A stretch of 64,000 nucleotides of DNA, from NCBI GenBank assembly GCA_001949185.1, contig BDGG01000001.1, positions 5,447,527-5,511,526 on the forward strand. Reading direction: 5' to 3'. Below, one piece after another: positions 61,347-64,000 of this stretch. This DNA comes from Ramazzottius varieornatus (Eukaryota; Animalia; Tardigrada). The position numbers were made by a program, and so were the translations under genes. Position 1 is the first letter of the stretch; the number at the start of each line of letters is the position of its first letter. Below the pieces are notes generated by a model, which worked only from the letters and a program-made list of their open reading frames with translations, was not told the origin of the DNA and did no database searches.

Positions 61347-63940
61347 ATGACCAATCCCACGAAAAATAGTCAGAAGCGAAAAAGTCAGACAGGGCCAAGC
61401 TCCACCAAGCCGAAGAAGCAGGCAATAAAGGAGAGGAGAACTCAGCCTGAGACGACGGTGGACTTGACCGGACCGGCGGAAAATTCTCCCCCTTCGCCTT
61501 CTCCAACTACCGCGAGCGACACGAGTGTTGGAGCTCCAACTGTCGAGAAGAAGAAGTCAGGAGCAGTAAGGCCGAAAGATTCACCGATATGGACCTTTTC
61601 CAGACATGATGAGTTGGAGGATAAGTCGGTCTGTCTCTCTCGTGGAAGGATGCTCGACCAAGCTTAAAGGAATGAATACAGGAAACAATCGGCTTCATCT
61701 GATGAAGCACCCAGTGGCAAACAAGGAGTTTCTCGCGATGTGTGAGAAGCAGAAAGCTCTGAAGAAGCAGAAGGGCGGCGAAAAACATCACCAGCCGACG
61801 TTGGCAGAGATGGCCCAAGCAAGAAAACCATACAGCAAGGAGAATCCAAGGCAAGCGCATTGTTCAAATCCAAATCTTTATACAGGAATAAGCTTACCGG
61901 TCTTTACAATGGCTTACCGGTCTGTACACTTGCAGGTATGACAGCATCCTGAAAAAAGTTGGCCTTTACGTTCTGCGATCTCCGTCAATGACTCTCAATG
62001 GAGTCGAAGAGGATGTCTTCAAGGATCTGATTTACCATTTAGACCCCAGGACGCCAAAGCCCACGTCGAAGCTCGTACGTGCATCTATGGATTCTGTCGA
62101 ACGACAGCTTCGTCAAAATATCAAAGATTTATTGAAGAATGCAGGAATAATCTGCTTTATAACAGGTATGAAGCAGTTTCACTGTTCACGTTGAATTCCA
62201 ACTGTTGGACCTCCAACATGTCGTTTTCCAGATATTTGGACGAAGAAGGGGATGACCGAAGCGTTCCTTGAAATCACAGCACACTATGCGGACAAGAAGA
62301 CCCATGTAAGGCACCACCTCTACCTGAGCTGTGTCTCATTTCCGCCCCACATAAAGCCAAGAATGTGTACGAACTCTTCAAACAAGAACTGGAGAAATGA
62401 GGTATCAATCCAGAAAAAGTATCAGTCGTCATGACGGACAACGCATCCAACATGATTGCCGCCTTCAAGATGTACGATAAGAAGTTAGAAGAATGTGTTA
62501 CGGAAGAAGACGAGTTGCAAGTGATAGAAGAAGCGATGGTCTAGCGTATGCTGGATGAGGAGGAACCACTGGACGACGACGAGGAAGTTGATGAGATGGC
62601 GGCTTGATGCTTTCGAGTTGGAAGCTTCAAACCTTTTCACCGAGTACTCCCGAAATCCGTGCTTCTTGCACACTCTACAGCTCGTGGTCAAGTTGTTCGA
62701 GAAGAGTCCGCCGATCAAGGATGTCATGGCGAAAGTTCGCGCGATTGTAAATAGCTTCGGCCATTCTCACACCACCGTCGCTGCACTTATGGCGCGGACT
62801 GGCGGTCTGAAGCTCATCTCAGACAACACAACAAGATGGTCCAGCACTCTTCTGATGGCGGAAAGAATGGTCAAAATTCAGGCTGCTGTAGAAACGATAA
62901 TCGTGGTTGAGCAACTAGTCAAAGTACCTAATTTATCTCAAAGTGAATGGTTAGTGCTGAAAGGAATCGTCAAGTTCCTTGGCAAGTTCAAGCTTGTAAG
63001 TGAACATCGCAAATTGTTGAATTTCCAACAGTTGGAAATCCCACGGAAACATGCTGTACTTTTCAGATTAAGGCTCGAATGCAAGCTGAAAAGGTAAGTA
63101 CCATCCATAAAATCATACCGCATCTGAAAGACATTCTGGCTCATCTATCCCATATGAAGACTTTGGCCGAACCTGGGCTCCTATGGAATTGAGGATCCCT
63201 TTTTCCCGCTGATTAGAAGTATGTAATCTCGATAACGAATCAACACAGCACTATCTAATCCTTTCCATGTAGACATGCAAGTCGACATAGTGGTACGTTT
63301 CGGTGTATGGTTGAACCCTGAACACTTAACGTTCGATCCCATCTTGATGGTAGCAACTCTGTTACATCCAGCGTTACGCCGACTTCTGACGGAGAAGGAG
63401 CAAACCATTGCAATGAAAGGTCTTCTGCAGTACGATAAAGAGTGGAATTCGACTGTCAACGATGATTCTTCTGGTTCCACGAATACAGGTGACTAAACTC
63501 GCTTTGGAGTTCCAAATGTTGAAATTCCAATTCATTCTTTGTTTCTAAATCACGATCAACCTCAGTTCAAGGTCGTCGATGACGACGACGAGTTTTCGTA
63601 CCTCACGGAACTTCTGGCTCGTGCTTCAGTGAATACTACAGCGGAACAACAGCAGGTGCCTATAGAACGTCAGTTAAACTCTTACATGCTCTCAGCAACC
63701 GCAGCCGCCTTCCCACAGAAGAGCGAACCAAGCAAGTTCTGGTTACAAAATACAACTGAGTATCCTGAGCTGAATGCTTTCGCATTGGATGTTCTGGCAA
63801 TACAATGCTCTTCGGCGCCATCGGAAAGACTGTTTTCGACAGCAAGTGATGCTACAGCCGGTAAAAAGAATCGACTTGGCGGTGAAAGATTGGAACAGAA
63901 AGTTTTTGTTAGACGAAATGCTAAATATTACTGTTGCTGA
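61347..63940 (+). pseudogene. hAT (Ac/ZBED-type) transposase with a BED zinc finger; spliced and frameshifted
   Basis: SPIWTF..C..C....NTGNNRLHLMKH (BED), IT|DIWT, TDNASNM, PCFLHTLQLVV, DNTTRWSST and FWLQN..YPEL..FALDVLAIQCSSAPSERLFS (hATC). About five introns, including GC-AG 61851-61935. Confidence 0.88.
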
Positions 63941-64000
63941 AAGATGTCGGATCTCCAACCGTTGGAATTCCAACCACTACTAATTATTACTGTACAATGA

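Noticed and set aside
61675-61710. CTGATGA hammerhead-core-like sequence
   Set aside because: There is no GAAA core or flanking stems, and it lies in transposase coding sequence. Other CTGATGA hits failed in the same way.
35285-64000. Fanzor/TnpB-like RNA-guided nuclease associated with the transposons
   Set aside because: No RuvC I/II/III plus zinc-finger motif set was visible in any ORF. A profile search of the 46.3-49 kb fragments would be the definitive test.

Overview
Eukaryotic (animal) genomic DNA with short spliceosomal introns. The compact intron-rich style suggests a small invertebrate such as a tardigrade, but that is inference only. The left ~35 kb is gene space. It holds a disrupted stand-alone CASD1-like SGNH O-acetyltransferase domain gene and a disrupted fringe-like glycosyltransferase gene, both with MITE-filled introns. 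It also holds an intact six-exon OFA/YhjX-type MFS transporter (horizontal-transfer candidate), a complete ~16-exon CASK/LIN-2 gene, a divergent EBPL gene and a type I membrane histidine acid phosphatase gene. The right ~29 kb is almost entirely transposon-derived. A long-TIR hAT element carries, inside its left TIR, a young intron-containing DD85E (Sailor-like IS630/Tc1/mariner) element. Further right are a Sola-type element with extra ORFs, a pogo/Tigger relic, a second hAT relic, a non-LTR RT fragment and a BED-finger hAT gene in which three introns and the 3' end share a doubled palindrome (GTTGGAATTCCAAC). Exon boundaries and motif matches were read by eye and no database searches were run.
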